Source: Candidatus Poribacteria bacterium (GTDB lineage Bacteria; Poribacteria; WGA-4E; WGA-3G). From it: a DNA stretch of 64,000 nucleotides. Location of the stretch: positions 3,584,001 through 3,648,000 of the forward strand of contig OZ251518.1 of assembly GCA_965242965.1 (NCBI GenBank), written 5' to 3'. The position numbers and the translations under genes were made by a program. Numbering within the stretch: position 1 is the stretch's first letter; the number at the start of each line of letters is the position of its first letter. The notes beneath the pieces are model-generated. The model saw only the letters and a program-made list of their open reading frames with translations. It was not told where the DNA came from and did no database searches. Positions 47,299 to 58,022 of this stretch are shown here, in pieces.

Positions 47299-48372
47299 AT
47301 GAAGCGAATAGGACTTATTTTTTTATTTTTGATGCTCTGGGGTAACACCGCAAGCGCGATGCTCATTGCGCAAGCCGTAACCGAACCAGCAGTGCAAACG
47401 CCGCCGACAGGGACAGAAGTCAGCCCGGCAACAGAGACAGAAAAACCGGAAGAACCGGAAGAACCCGCGATGGAGATGGCAGCACCAGATGAACCTGCCG
47501 CCATGCCGCTGGAGGTTGAAGAACCGTCGGCTGCAACAGCGTCACCCGCGACACCGCCGCCGTGGCAGGGAAAACGGCGGGTGCTAAAAATCGTTAACGA
47601 TTATCAGTTGACAGCGGACGAAGTGGTGACGACGCTTGTCATCATCGCAGGAGACGCGACGCTACACGGGACAGTCACCGGGAATGTCCTGGTGCTTGGC
47701 GGCGATGTGGCACTCACGCCGACAGCACAGATAGACGGGACGCTGCGCGTTATCGGCGGACAGGTGAGCGGCGGCACGGGAATGGAGCGGCATATCTACG
47801 TCCACAACGGCTGGCGCATGGTGCCGGCTGGCACGCGTATCCTGATGCAACCGCAAACTGTCTGGGGGATTAGCAAACGCGGGAACTTATGGTTAACCGG
47901 CACCAAGTTTGGGATTTCCTGCCTTACCTATCTGTTACTGGCACTCATTTTCTCCCGGCAGTTGCAACGGATGGTGACGCGGATGAGCGAACATCCTGTC
48001 GGAACAGTGCTGTGCGGCATCCTGATGCTGGTATTTATTCCGGTGCTGCTCGGCCTGTTAACGCTCTCCATTGTCGGCATCCCCTGCATGTTTCTGGTTT
48101 TAGGGGTGTTGTTCGGCATGGCGATTTACGGCAAGACAGCCTTTTTTCTGTTGATTGGCGGCACCCTGCTGTCTGGCCGTCTAAAACCGCTCGCCGTGAT
48201 TTTCGGATACATCCTCTATTTCATGGCGACCTCGGTGCCTTATATTGACTGGGTGACGTTTCTCGTTGTCAATTCCATTGCGGTGGGCATCTGCTTGCTG
48301 AGCGGTGCAGGGCAGCAATCAGCGCGGCTCGTCCGAAACGCTTACACACCGCGACCGGCGGTGCATTATTAG
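47299..48372 (+). CDS. membrane protein with Pro/Glu-rich linker and bactofilin-like (polymer-forming) beta-helix
   Basis: Signal peptide, GDATLHGTVTGNVLVLGGDV repeats, several C-terminal TM helices. Confidence 0.65.
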   Translation: MKRIGLIFLFLMLWGNTASAMLIAQAVTEPAVQTPPTGTEVSPATETEKPEEPEEPAMEMAAPDEPAAMPLEVEEPSAATASPATPPPWQGKRRVLKIVNDYQLTADEVVTTLVIIAGDATLHGTVTGNVLVLGGDVALTPTAQIDGTLRVIGGQVSGGTGMERHIYVHNGWRMVPAGTRILMQPQTVWGISKRGNLWLTGTKFGISCLTYLLLALIFSRQLQRMVTRMSEHPVGTVLCGILMLVFIPVLLGLLTLSIVGIPCMFLVLGVLFGMAIYGKTAFFLLIGGTLLSGRLKPLAVIFGYILYFMATSVPYIDWVTFLVVNSIAVGICLLSGAGQQSARLVRNAYTPRPAVHY

Positions 48373-49374
48373 ATGCATTTCAAAACGCCTCTTTTTTTCA
48401 TTTTGCTCATCGTGTTGCCGTTATTAGGCGGCTATTGGTGGTGGATTCGCCGCGGGACGCGTGCCATCGTGCCGGTTCGCATGAACTTTTCGGACATCGG
48501 CGCGATGCAGCAACTGCCGAAAACGGCGGCGGTGAAAGCACTCCCGCTACTGAAGGTTCTCCGATTGTGCGTCATCGCACTCCTGATATGCGCGCTCGCG
48601 CAGCCGCAACTCTCGCAAAGCCGCGAGCAGAAGTTTTATGAGGGGATTGATATTTTGCTCGTGCTTGATATCTCGGAGAGTATGCGCGCCGAGGACTTTC
48701 AAGGCGCGAACAGAATCCAAGCAGCGAAAACCGTCATCACCGATTTCCTTGAAAACCGCAAAAATGACCGGATTGGACTGGTGGTTTTCTCCGGCGAGAG
48801 TTTCACGCTGTGTCCCCTCACGCTGGATTATCCGGTGTTAACGGAGCTCCTCCGCGAGGTGAAAATCGGGCAGTTAACGGACGGCACTGCCATCGGCGAT
48901 GCGATTCTGACTGCCACGCAGCGGCTGCGCGCCTCCGAAGCGAAGAGCAAGATTGTCATTTTGTTAACCGATGGCGAAAATAACGCCGGCACAATTCAGC
49001 CGAACGCCGCCGCGGAAATGGCGGCAGCTTTCGGCATCAAAGTTTACACCATCGGCATGGGCAAGGCGGGCGGCGCGTTGATTCCTTATGAAGATACCAC
49101 CTTCGGCAAACGCTACCGCGAAGTGTTGACGTATCTGGACGAGGACACCCTCAAACACATTGCGGACATGACACGCGGCCGCTATTTTCGGGCTACCGAT
49201 ATGCAGTCGTTGACGAATGTCTACGCGGAAATTGACAGGTTTGAAAAGACGAAGTTTGAAGTTGTTACATCGATTGACTACAAGGAGCTCGCGCCCTATT
49301 TCTTGATTCCGGCGGTGCTGCTGTTGGGACTGGAGATTTTGCTGAGCAACACCGTGCTGCGGAAAATTCCATAG
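48373..49374 (+). CDS. VWA-domain protein, BatA-like
   Basis: ALAQPQ, MIDAS DISESM, GTAIGDA, LLTDGENNAG, VYTIGMG. Confidence 0.88.
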   Translation: MHFKTPLFFILLIVLPLLGGYWWWIRRGTRAIVPVRMNFSDIGAMQQLPKTAAVKALPLLKVLRLCVIALLICALAQPQLSQSREQKFYEGIDILLVLDISESMRAEDFQGANRIQAAKTVITDFLENRKNDRIGLVVFSGESFTLCPLTLDYPVLTELLREVKIGQLTDGTAIGDAILTATQRLRASEAKSKIVILLTDGENNAGTIQPNAAAEMAAAFGIKVYTIGMGKAGGALIPYEDTTFGKRYREVLTYLDEDTLKHIADMTRGRYFRATDMQSLTNVYAEIDRFEKTKFEVVTSIDYKELAPYFLIPAVLLLGLEILLSNTVLRKIP

Positions 49375-49384
49375 GAGAAAAAAT

Positions 49385-50146
49385 ATGAAAAACATCATTG
49401 CGTGCAATTTAGGAAGTTATAGACAGTTTCGCGAGGCGGCTTATCCGCACTTGGCGGCAATCGGGCTCACCAATGTCGAAATCGGCGTGCCTTCCGAGGA
49501 TTCGGTAGTTGCCGTCCAATCTGCCTTAGACGCGCATGGGCTGACTGCCACGAGTCTTCTCGGCCGCTGCGATGTCCAATCCGAAACGGTTGTCTCGGAT
49601 TTTCAGGCGACGCTAGAAACCGCCGATAAGATGGACGTGAAGATTATCTTCGTGAGCGTCCATGCCGGTGATACCGAACGGGGTGTTGTCTATGAACGCC
49701 TCCGCGCCATCGGTGAGAACGCCGCGCCATCGGGTATTAAGGTGTGTTTGGAAACGCATCCAGATCTGGCGCACAACGGTGACATCGCGCTGGAGACGAT
49801 AACGGCTGTCAATCACCCGAACATCTGCGTCAATTTTGATACCGGGAACGTCTATTATTACAACCACAACGTGACAGCGACAGCGGAGGTTCAGAAGGTG
49901 CTGCCGCATGTCGGCGCGGTGCATCTGAAGGATACGAACGGCGGCTATCGGACGTGGCATTTCCCAACGCTCGGCGAAGGCGTTGTCGATTTCAAAGCGG
50001 TGTTCCAAACGCTAAACGATGCCGATTTCTACGGGCCCTTCACCATGGAATTGGAAGGCATTGAGGGTGAGACTCTTGACGAAGCGGGTGTGAAGGCGCG
50101 CGTCGCAGATTCGTTGCAACATCTGAAAGATATTGGAGTTATCTAA
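49385..50146 (+). CDS. sugar phosphate isomerase/epimerase (AP endonuclease 2 TIM barrel)
   Basis: LETH, FDTGN, VHLKD, GEGVVDF, MELE. Confidence 0.88.
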   Translation: MKNIIACNLGSYRQFREAAYPHLAAIGLTNVEIGVPSEDSVVAVQSALDAHGLTATSLLGRCDVQSETVVSDFQATLETADKMDVKIIFVSVHAGDTERGVVYERLRAIGENAAPSGIKVCLETHPDLAHNGDIALETITAVNHPNICVNFDTGNVYYYNHNVTATAEVQKVLPHVGAVHLKDTNGGYRTWHFPTLGEGVVDFKAVFQTLNDADFYGPFTMELEGIEGETLDEAGVKARVADSLQHLKDIGVI

Positions 50147-50505
50147 TGGACATCAACGCTTGTGTCATCAACATCGCGCAGGGGGAACGCGTCGGCGAGG
50201 CACTCGGCGAGTGCTTGGATACACCCGATATGACGACGATGGGGGCTTTCAGCGTTTCCAAGGAAAACCCCACTGAACTCCACTATCACGACTACGATGA
50301 GTATTGGTATTTTACCGAGGGGACGACAACGGTGACGCTCCGCGCAGCAGATGGACAGCGCGCGTCTTACCGCGTGGGTGCGGGAGAGTTGGTTGTCACA
50401 CCTAAGGGGATTGAGCATGCGCATGTTCCCGATGATGTCGTGAAAGGCGTGCAGTGGGTGAGCATAATTCATCCTGAGGCGCGTCGCGGGCATTTATACC
50501 GATAG
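50146..50505 (+). CDS. cupin-domain protein
   Basis: HYHDYDEYWYF and PKGIEH motifs. Confidence 0.85.
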   Translation: MDINACVINIAQGERVGEALGECLDTPDMTTMGAFSVSKENPTELHYHDYDEYWYFTEGTTTVTLRAADGQRASYRVGAGELVVTPKGIEHAHVPDDVVKGVQWVSIIHPEARRGHLYR

Positions 50506-50521
50506 GCGTGAGGAGATAAAA

Positions 50522-51406
50522 ATGTCAACACAGACAACTGACATGCCGATGCGGCGGTTAGGACGGACAGACTTGAAGGTAACGTGTCTCGGCATGGGCG
50601 GTGCCGGCATCGGCAGAGGCGGTGTCACCGATGACGAAGCGGTTGCTGCCGTGCGCCGCGCGATAGAGCTCGGCATCAACTACCTTGACACTGCCCCGCT
50701 CTACGGTGAAAGTGAACGGCGCGTCGGGCTCGCACTGGCAGATGGATGGCGCGAGAAGATTTTTCTCGCCACTAAAACAGGGACGCACCCCGAATGGCGA
50801 GGCGACTACAGCGGCTCCGGCACCCGCCGAAGTGTCGAAAATAGCCTGCGACTCTTAGGCACCGATTATCTTGATGTCTGCCTCGTGCATGATCCTGAGG
50901 ATATGGAGCCTGTCGTGGCGAAAGGCGGCGCGTTTGATGAACTGCAACGGATGCGCGAGGAAGGCATCGTCAAGTTCATCGGGCTCGGCGTGCGGGAACA
51001 CGAATTCCATCAAATCGCCATCGAGACAGGAGTAGTCGACGTGATTTTGACGTATCTCGATTACACGCTGCTCAGCCAGACTGCCGATGAGTGGCTGCTG
51101 CCACTTGCCGTGGAAAACGACATCGGCGTTATCAACGGCAGTCCCATCGCGATGGGACTGCTTTCCGGCGAGGAGCCCGATATCTCAGTCAGGCCGCCGG
51201 AGGGGAGAAAGGCGCATCGGCTGTGGCGTTGGACGATTGAAAATGAGGTGAATCTGCTGAACCTCGCCATCCAATTCTGTTTTCGGCAACCGCGCATCGC
51301 TATGAATCTGACGGGTGCCAAGAATGTGACAGAGGTGGAGCAGTGTGTCGCCGCGGCGACAACACCGGTGCCTTCGGAAGTATGGGAGCAGTTCCCGCTC
51401 CCGTAG
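50522..51406 (+). CDS. aldo/keto reductase
   Basis: RRLGRT, LDTAPLYG, LATK, SLRLLGTDYLD..HD. The stop TAG is supplied by a REP. Confidence 0.92.
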   Translation: MSTQTTDMPMRRLGRTDLKVTCLGMGGAGIGRGGVTDDEAVAAVRRAIELGINYLDTAPLYGESERRVGLALADGWREKIFLATKTGTHPEWRGDYSGSGTRRSVENSLRLLGTDYLDVCLVHDPEDMEPVVAKGGAFDELQRMREEGIVKFIGLGVREHEFHQIAIETGVVDVILTYLDYTLLSQTADEWLLPLAVENDIGVINGSPIAMGLLSGEEPDISVRPPEGRKAHRLWRWTIENEVNLLNLAIQFCFRQPRIAMNLTGAKNVTEVEQCVAAATTPVPSEVWEQFPLP

Positions 51407-51680
51407 GGCGAGGGCCTGTCCCTCGCCATGCCACGATCGCGGGGGACAGGCCCCCGCGCTACGTTTTGGGTGGCGTTTCCCGTTACCGTAGGGCGAGGGC
51501 CTGTCCCTCGCCACGCGACGATCGCGGGGGCCTGTCCCCCGCGCTACGGTGAAAAAACGTGCCGCATACCGTAGGGCGAGGGCCTGTCCCTCGCCATGCC
51601 ACGATCGCGGGGGACAGGCCCCCGCGCTACGTTTTGGGTGGCGTTTTGAAGTTTGCGGGGGACAGGCCCCCACACTACGT
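51400..51680. repeat. REP pair array
   Basis: Three GTAGGGCGAGG.../...CCCCGCGCTAC pairs. Confidence 0.9.
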
Positions 51681-51728
51681 TTCAATGGACGTGCTATAGA
51701 GGACGGGCTTTCCAGCCCGTGAAATCTG

Positions 51729-52478
51729 ATGAAATTTGAAGGAAGAATTGCATTGATAACCGGCGCGAGCCGCGGCATTGGAGAAGCAACCGCGCTGAAA
51801 CTCGCCAGCGAAGGCGCGAATGTCGCCGTGCATTACGCGAAATCAGCCGACAAGGCAGAAACGGTGTGCGAACAAATCCGAGCCCTCGGCAGAAACACTA
51901 TATCAGTGCAGGCAGATGTCGCCGACAGAGACGCTGTCAACCGCATGGTTACGCAGGTTACGGAAAAACTTGGCCCAATTGAGTTGCTCGTCAATAACGC
52001 TGGCGATGTCGGCTCCGTAGCGTTTTCGGAGCTCACCCCCGAACACTGGGATAGAATTATCGCCGTGAACCTGACGGGGCCTTTCAACGTGCTATGGGCA
52101 GTGAAGCCGGGGATGATTGCGCGGCGGTTTGGGCGCGTCGTCAATGTCTCGTCTATCGCCGCGTTGGCAGTACGCCCAGATCAGCTGCCGTATGCGGCGG
52201 CGAAAGCCGGGGTAATCTCACTGACGAAGTCGTGTTGCGGTCCGCTCGCGCAGCACAATATCCGCGTCAATTCGGTTGCACCCGGTGCCATCGCGACGGA
52301 TATGCTAGGTGAAATTACACCGGCATTCGCCGAGCACCTCCGTGAAACGACACCCCTTGGCAGGCTGGGTGAGCCGGCAGAGATGGCGAATGTCATCGCA
52401 TTCTTGCTGAGCGAGGAATCGAGTTATATGACGGGCGCGACGGTGATTGCTAGTGGGGGCCGGATTCTGATTCCGTAG
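51729..52478 (+). CDS. short-chain dehydrogenase/reductase (FabG-like)
   Basis: TGASRGIG, NNAG, YAAAK, VNSVAPG. Confidence 0.92.
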   Translation: MKFEGRIALITGASRGIGEATALKLASEGANVAVHYAKSADKAETVCEQIRALGRNTISVQADVADRDAVNRMVTQVTEKLGPIELLVNNAGDVGSVAFSELTPEHWDRIIAVNLTGPFNVLWAVKPGMIARRFGRVVNVSSIAALAVRPDQLPYAAAKAGVISLTKSCCGPLAQHNIRVNSVAPGAIATDMLGEITPAFAEHLRETTPLGRLGEPAEMANVIAFLLSEESSYMTGATVIASGGRILIP

Positions 52479-52532
52479 ATGGGGGCTATAGAAATCCTTC
52501 CTTGCAGGGTTGATCGGGATGTTAGACCTCCT

Positions 52533-53190
52533 CACCCCTGTAGGTCAGGATCGCCAGATCCTGACCCGTTCGGGAGCGGGCGCTCCCGAACTACAGATGT
52601 GGGCACAATCTCTTCCGGTAGGAGAGACCTCCTGGTCTCGATGCAATAGGGCGGCAGAAAACCTCCTTTCATCGTAGGGCTTGGGCCCTCGGATGCCAGA
52701 CGCGCATGCGAGCGGGTTTCCCTCGCCATCGTTCGTGCACGTGCACTCCAACGCTCGCGGGGGACAGGCCCCCGCGCTACGGTCGGAGAAAGCCGCCCCT
52801 TCACCGTAGGGCGAGGGCCTGTCCCTCGCCATCGTTCGGGCTAGGGAAAACCGTCTCTTGTTCTCTTCAGGGCCGTAGGACCTAAAACGCCACCTCTTGA
52901 CGATGGAGATCGCGGGGGACAGCCCCCCGCGCTACGTGCGGAGAAAAGTCCCCTTTCATCGTAGGGCGAGGGGCCTGTCCCTCGCCATCGTTCGGGCTAG
53001 GGAAAACCGTCTCTTGTTCTCTTCAGGGCCGTAGGATCTAAAACGCCACCTCTTGACGATGGAGATCGCGGGGGACAGGCCCCCGCGCTACGGGCGGCGA
53101 AAATCCCTCTTTTACCGTAGGGCGGGGGCCTGTCCCTCGCCATCGTTCGCGCTACGGGAAAATTGAAACCCGAGGTCTCTCCTACGGCAG
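52533..53190. repeat. mixed REP cluster
   Basis: Several families; two collapsed AGGGCCGTAGGAyCTAAAA cores. Confidence 0.9.
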
Positions 53191-53197
53191 CGAGATA

Positions 53198-55964
53198 TTA
53201 CACTTCATAAACTTTCAGCACCTCATCACCGTAATGGTTAATAACCTTCACGGCGATTTTGCCGGCCGCGGGACACGCAAACGGCAGACTTTCTGTGCGA
53301 TAGAGACTCTCCCACGCAGACTCGTCTATCTCTGCCTGCAACGCTTGTTTGAGTTTCTTGTAGGGCTCGTCTGCGCCGGTGAAATAGGCGTGCCGCACGA
53401 AGAATGCCTCTTCATCGTAGTCGGTATCAATGAACCAACAGGCGATTTCGCCCGGGTCATTTGAACGGACTAACCCTTGCCGCGCATCGAACACATCTAC
53501 GCCGAGCAGCCTCACAACCAGCGTGTCGTCAGGTTGACGATGGATTTCAACGTCGGGTTCACCGAAGTTCATGAAAAGATTGCCCGCGCCGGTGTTCTTG
53601 AGTTCGTCTATCATCAACTCCGGGCTCATCTTCACCGGGAGAATCGGGAGGCTCCCGATGCGGGTGCGTTCATCCGCCGTGTATCCCTCAAAGGTGAAAC
53701 CGAGGACGATGAGGAGATCGAACTTCGGAATGCGACGCACTGCCTCTTTGATAGCACCACCCATCCACTGCCTCCCCACTGTCTCATACCGCGGCCCGAT
53801 GCTAATCGCCACGCTCTGCGACACGCCGTTCTCGTCGGTGTAGGCACCCTCCGCGTGGAGATACTCGCCGGGGAATGGCGCAAGCCAGTCAAACGTCAGG
53901 CGTTGTGATTTGACGCGGTTCTGAACACCGGCGGTTTTTAGATGCTCTACGATGTGCGTGTGGAAGTTTTGGGAAGAGTCAAGAACGGAGGAGTCGAGCC
54001 CCGAGGTCTCTTCTACGGGACCATCGCCTGCATCGAGCCCGGAGGTCTCTCCTACTGGGGATTCGTGGCCCGAGGTCTCTCCTACGGATTTTTGCACGCG
54101 GTGCGGCGATAAACTCTCCACCGTAAAAGGACCGGCTACGCGCGTCCGACTTCTGTCAATATGCGGTCCGTCATAAAGCACCTCGCTGGTGGCACGACGC
54201 GCCGTGGAGGCATCCATCTCCGCTTGCCGCTCGCGCTTGAGAGAAAGCCACCGTTCGTGCAGCCGCCGCGTTTCCGCACCCCACGAAGGATCGGGTTCTT
54301 GAGGAACTTCCCATTCTTCCCAAGTCGACCCCCCCCCCCTTCTCTAAACGCGAGTTTAGTAATTTACGAATCTCGTCCAATTTCGGTGCATACTCGGCAT
54401 GGATGTCGTCAATCTCAAGATTGTTCGCCATATCCGAGAGACTGATATAGGGCGCGGTTTTGTAAGCAAACCCCTGCTTGATGTCCGCGGCATCTTCCAA
54501 CTGATAGTAGGGATAGACAGCGGACATGAGCCGCGTGCGCGCCAAAGCGAGGGCAACGCGGGAGGTGTCGATCGTAATCCACCGTCTGCCCCACTGTTCT
54601 GCAACGTAAGCGGTGGTGCCGCTGCCGCAAGTGGGATCGAGAACGAGATCGCCCGGGTCGCTTGTCATCAGGATGCACCGTTGGATGACTTTAGGGTTCG
54701 TTTCCACGACGTAGGTTTTTCCAGCCCCGCCACGTCCGGTATCTGTCCAGAGGTTTGTAATCTCTCTCCCTGGAAAATCGCCCGCGTAACGGATATAGTT
54801 CAGCGTAATTTCTCTCGCAACAAGCCGACTCTGTTTCGCCAGTCGATCAAATCCTTCATGACTTGTTGCCCAACCTCTACCTCGTGAAGGAGTAAAAGTC
54901 CTTCCCTCAAAATCGTATTTATCAGTAGCACCGCCGGGACTCTGCGATGATGCCAAGATAATCTGAAACCTCCGGCTGTTTTCAGGTAAGAGCGCGGGGT
55001 TTTTCTTCTCGGCACTTGTCATTCCGCGGCGTGTTCCATCCGGCAATTCGACTTGGGTGTAGGAATTCAGGAGCGGATCTGGCGCGCGCTCATCCCATTG
55101 CATATAGAGTTGCCGATATTTCATCTGCTCCTTATCCTTTGCGTACCACAATAGATAATCGGAGATTGTGGCGAGCCCAGATGAGGAAGTCATTCCGCCA
55201 CGTGTCCATGTAATGGTGGAGACAAAATTCTCATCACCGAACACTTCATCCAACACGCATCGGACGCGGTGGACATTTTCGTCGCTGATTTGGACGAAGA
55301 TGCTTCCGCTATCGGTGAGGAGTTCGCGCGCAACGGTGAGCCGGTCGCGCAGATACGCCAAATAGGAATGGATGCCGAGTTCCCACGTATCTCGGAACGC
55401 GCGAATCTGTTCGGGTTGGAGCGTCACGTCTTTCGTTTTCGTATCGCCGACGGTGCGCTTTCGGGTGCTGACTTGCCAGTTACTCCCGAATTTGATGCCG
55501 TAAGGCGGATCGAAGTATATCGTTTGCACTCGGCTTTTGAGTCCCTCTTTCTCGGCGAGGGAGTTCATGACGAGGAGTGAATCGCCTAAAATGAAGCGAT
55601 TATTCCAGTTCTGTTCGTGCTGATAGAACTCGACGCGTTCCTCAAGTTCAAGGGCACTGAATCCCTCAAAGAGCAACTCGGTCTGGCCGTTTTCCTCTTT
55701 CGCCCTTTTTCGGAGCATCTGAATTATGGCTTCGGGTTGGATGTGTTCTTGCGCGTAAATCGGCACGGCGTGAACGCCGAGAGCGTTGGCATCCTGTTCC
55801 TCTTTGCCTTTCCAGACAAGCTGCGGATCCAACGAGGTATCGCGCGGGTAGAGGGTAGTTTCGGGGTGCGTCTCTGCCTCTTCCGCTAACCCGCTGAGTT
55901 CCTGCGTTGGGATGTTGGCGCGTTTATCGGGGTATTGATAATGATCGATTGGTTTTTTTGGCAT
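53198..55964 (-). pseudogene. type III Mod-like beta-class DNA methyltransferase, frameshifted at a G11 tract (C-run 54329-54339)
   Basis: FDPPY and LDPTCGSGT in ORF 54171-55964. Removing one G continues into STWEEWEVPQE...EMDAS and ORF 53198-54217 (GPFTVESLSPH, WFIDTDY, IAVKVINHYGDE). Confidence 0.87.
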
Positions 55965-55979
55965 AGTGTGTTTCCTTAT

Positions 55980-56420
55980 TGTAGGTTAAGATCGCTGAGT
56001 CTTGACCCGATGGAGATCTGGCGATCTCCATCTACAGAAATTACAAATTTTCTTTAATGTCCGTTTTCACCGTAGCGCGGGGGCCTGTCCCCCGCGATCG
56101 TTCGGTAATCCGCGGCATGGCGAGGGACAGGCCCTCGCCCTACGGTAAAGGGGACGTTTTTTTTCGTAGCGCGGGGGCCTGTCCCCCGCGATCGTTGCCT
56201 GGCGAGGGACAGGCCCTCGCCCTACGGTAAGGGGGACGTTTTTTTCATCGTAGCGCGTGGGCCTGTCCCCCGCGATCGTTCCTGTGCGCGATAGCATGGC
56301 GAGGGACAGGCCCTCGCCCTACGGTAAGGGGGACGTTTTTTTCATCGTAGCGCGTGGGCCTGTCCCCCGCGATCGTTCGGTAGACCGCGGCATGGCGAGG
56401 GACAGGCCCTCGCCCTACGG
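55980..56420. repeat. REP pair array
   Basis: Four GTAGCGCG.GGGCCTGTCCCCCGCG / GGCGAGGGACAGGCCCTCGCCCTAC pairs. Confidence 0.9.
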
Positions 56421-57179
56421 TTACGCGGGCGATGTTTGTTCCGCGATGCAGCGTCTCATCGCAGGCACATCGTCCACCCACAAACCCTCAATGTGTGCGG
56501 AAAGGGCCCAATTCACATCCTCCGGTGTCAAGATGAACCCTGCTTCAACGGTGATGCCGTTGGCTTTGAGTTGCGCCACCTTTCGCCGAACGGCACCCGT
56601 GAAAGGTTTAAAGTGATTAACCCCCATCCATCCCAAGACGGCGTTATCTACGTCAATCGCCGTTGCTGCCTTGACGAAGTCTGCCATTGGATTAATAAAA
56701 ATCGCGCTCGTCTGCAGTTTCGGTTCTAGCCTTTTGGCGTTGATAAGCAGTTGCTTCCGAAAGTAGAAGGTGAGGATGCCGACCAGGTCGACCACTTCAA
56801 ACCGTCGGATACGTTCGACGACGATAGTGAGCAGCTCTTCCGAATCGGATTTCGGTTCAATGAAGCACGGGAATTGATGTTCGCGTGTGATTCGGAGTGC
56901 GTCGTCGAGGTGTGCAACAGGTTCGTCCGAGTTCTCCGCTGTCAGCTGTTGCACCTCTTTCCAGTTCAGCGCGCTGAGCGGTGTTGTGCATCCGGTGGCT
57001 TTCTGGATGTTATCTCGGTTGAAATCGACGTGAATGAGGACGGGTTGCTTATCTTTCGTGAGGCAGACATCGCATTCGTATGCATCCGCGCCATCAGCGA
57101 GTGCTTGTTTAAAGGCGGCGCGGGTATTTTCGGGTGCGCGTCCCATGCCGCCGCGATGAGCTAAGAGTTGAATCTTCAT
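56421..57179 (-). CDS. glycerophosphodiester phosphodiesterase family protein
   Basis: AHRGG..APENT..AF, ECDV.LTKD, IEPK. Confidence 0.88.
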   Translation of the reverse strand: MKIQLLAHRGGMGRAPENTRAAFKQALADGADAYECDVCLTKDKQPVLIHVDFNRDNIQKATGCTTPLSALNWKEVQQLTAENSDEPVAHLDDALRITREHQFPCFIEPKSDSEELLTIVVERIRRFEVVDLVGILTFYFRKQLLINAKRLEPKLQTSAIFINPMADFVKAATAIDVDNAVLGWMGVNHFKPFTGAVRRKVAQLKANGITVEAGFILTPEDVNWALSAHIEGLWVDDVPAMRRCIAEQTSPA

Positions 57180-57183
57180 GGGT

Positions 57184-57909
57184 TCATGTTTGCTTCTGCC
57201 ACATCCGCTCAAAATTGTCCTGAGGGGTGAACCCTAGGACGCGCTTCGTTTTGAGATTGGAGAACTGCTGATGCGGTAAGTCGGCGAAGATATTGAAGAT
57301 TTCGCAGCGTGAGGGTAACTCCGCCAAATCAATCTCCAACCCTAACCGAAACGCTTCCCCGGCATCGCGCCAGCTGACAGAGAACGGGTTGAGATCGGTG
57401 CCTTCCGCCGCGTCGTCATGTTCACGGAAGCTGAGGAAGAGGTAGCAAAGCACATAAATATCGTAATGTTCGGTGAAGACTTTGCAGATTTCCTGTCCGA
57501 GCCCCTTCGTCAACGGGTAGAGCCCGGTGCTGGTGTGCGGCGGGACATCCGGGTTGATTTCGTAATCGTAGGTGGTATAGTCATCCCCCTGAATCGTGAA
57601 GTGGGGGCCGGTGTTAATAACGCGGCGGATACCGTGCGCGACGGCGGCGCGCATCGTGTTATAGCAACCGCGCGTGCTGACATCAAACGCCAACTGCCTG
57701 TCTTGCCGGAGAACGGAGCAGTTTAGGATTGCGTCCATTCCCTCCGCGGCGCGCATCACATCGTCTAATGAACCGACATCAATGTGCATCGATTCGTGCG
57801 GGGTGTCGATTTCGTTGATGTCCGTGACGCGTAAAGTGTAATAAGGCTCTAACGCCTTGACAACATGCGGTCCGAGGTAGCCGTTGCCGCCTAAAATAAG
57901 AACTTTCAT
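57184..57909 (-). CDS. NAD-dependent epimerase/dehydratase family protein
   Basis: GGNGYLG, YPLTK. Confidence 0.85.
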   Translation of the reverse strand: MKVLILGGNGYLGPHVVKALEPYYTLRVTDINEIDTPHESMHIDVGSLDDVMRAAEGMDAILNCSVLRQDRQLAFDVSTRGCYNTMRAAVAHGIRRVINTGPHFTIQGDDYTTYDYEINPDVPPHTSTGLYPLTKGLGQEICKVFTEHYDIYVLCYLFLSFREHDDAAEGTDLNPFSVSWRDAGEAFRLGLEIDLAELPSRCEIFNIFADLPHQQFSNLKTKRVLGFTPQDNFERMWQKQT

Positions 57910-58022
57910 CGTTTTCTCCTCCTATGAGATTGGCCTCCTATGAGAAAGGGCGCGTCTGTTATGACGGCACGAATTGCGTGGCAAGAAATCGAGACCGGGA
58001 GGTCTCGCCTACCGCCGTGCGT

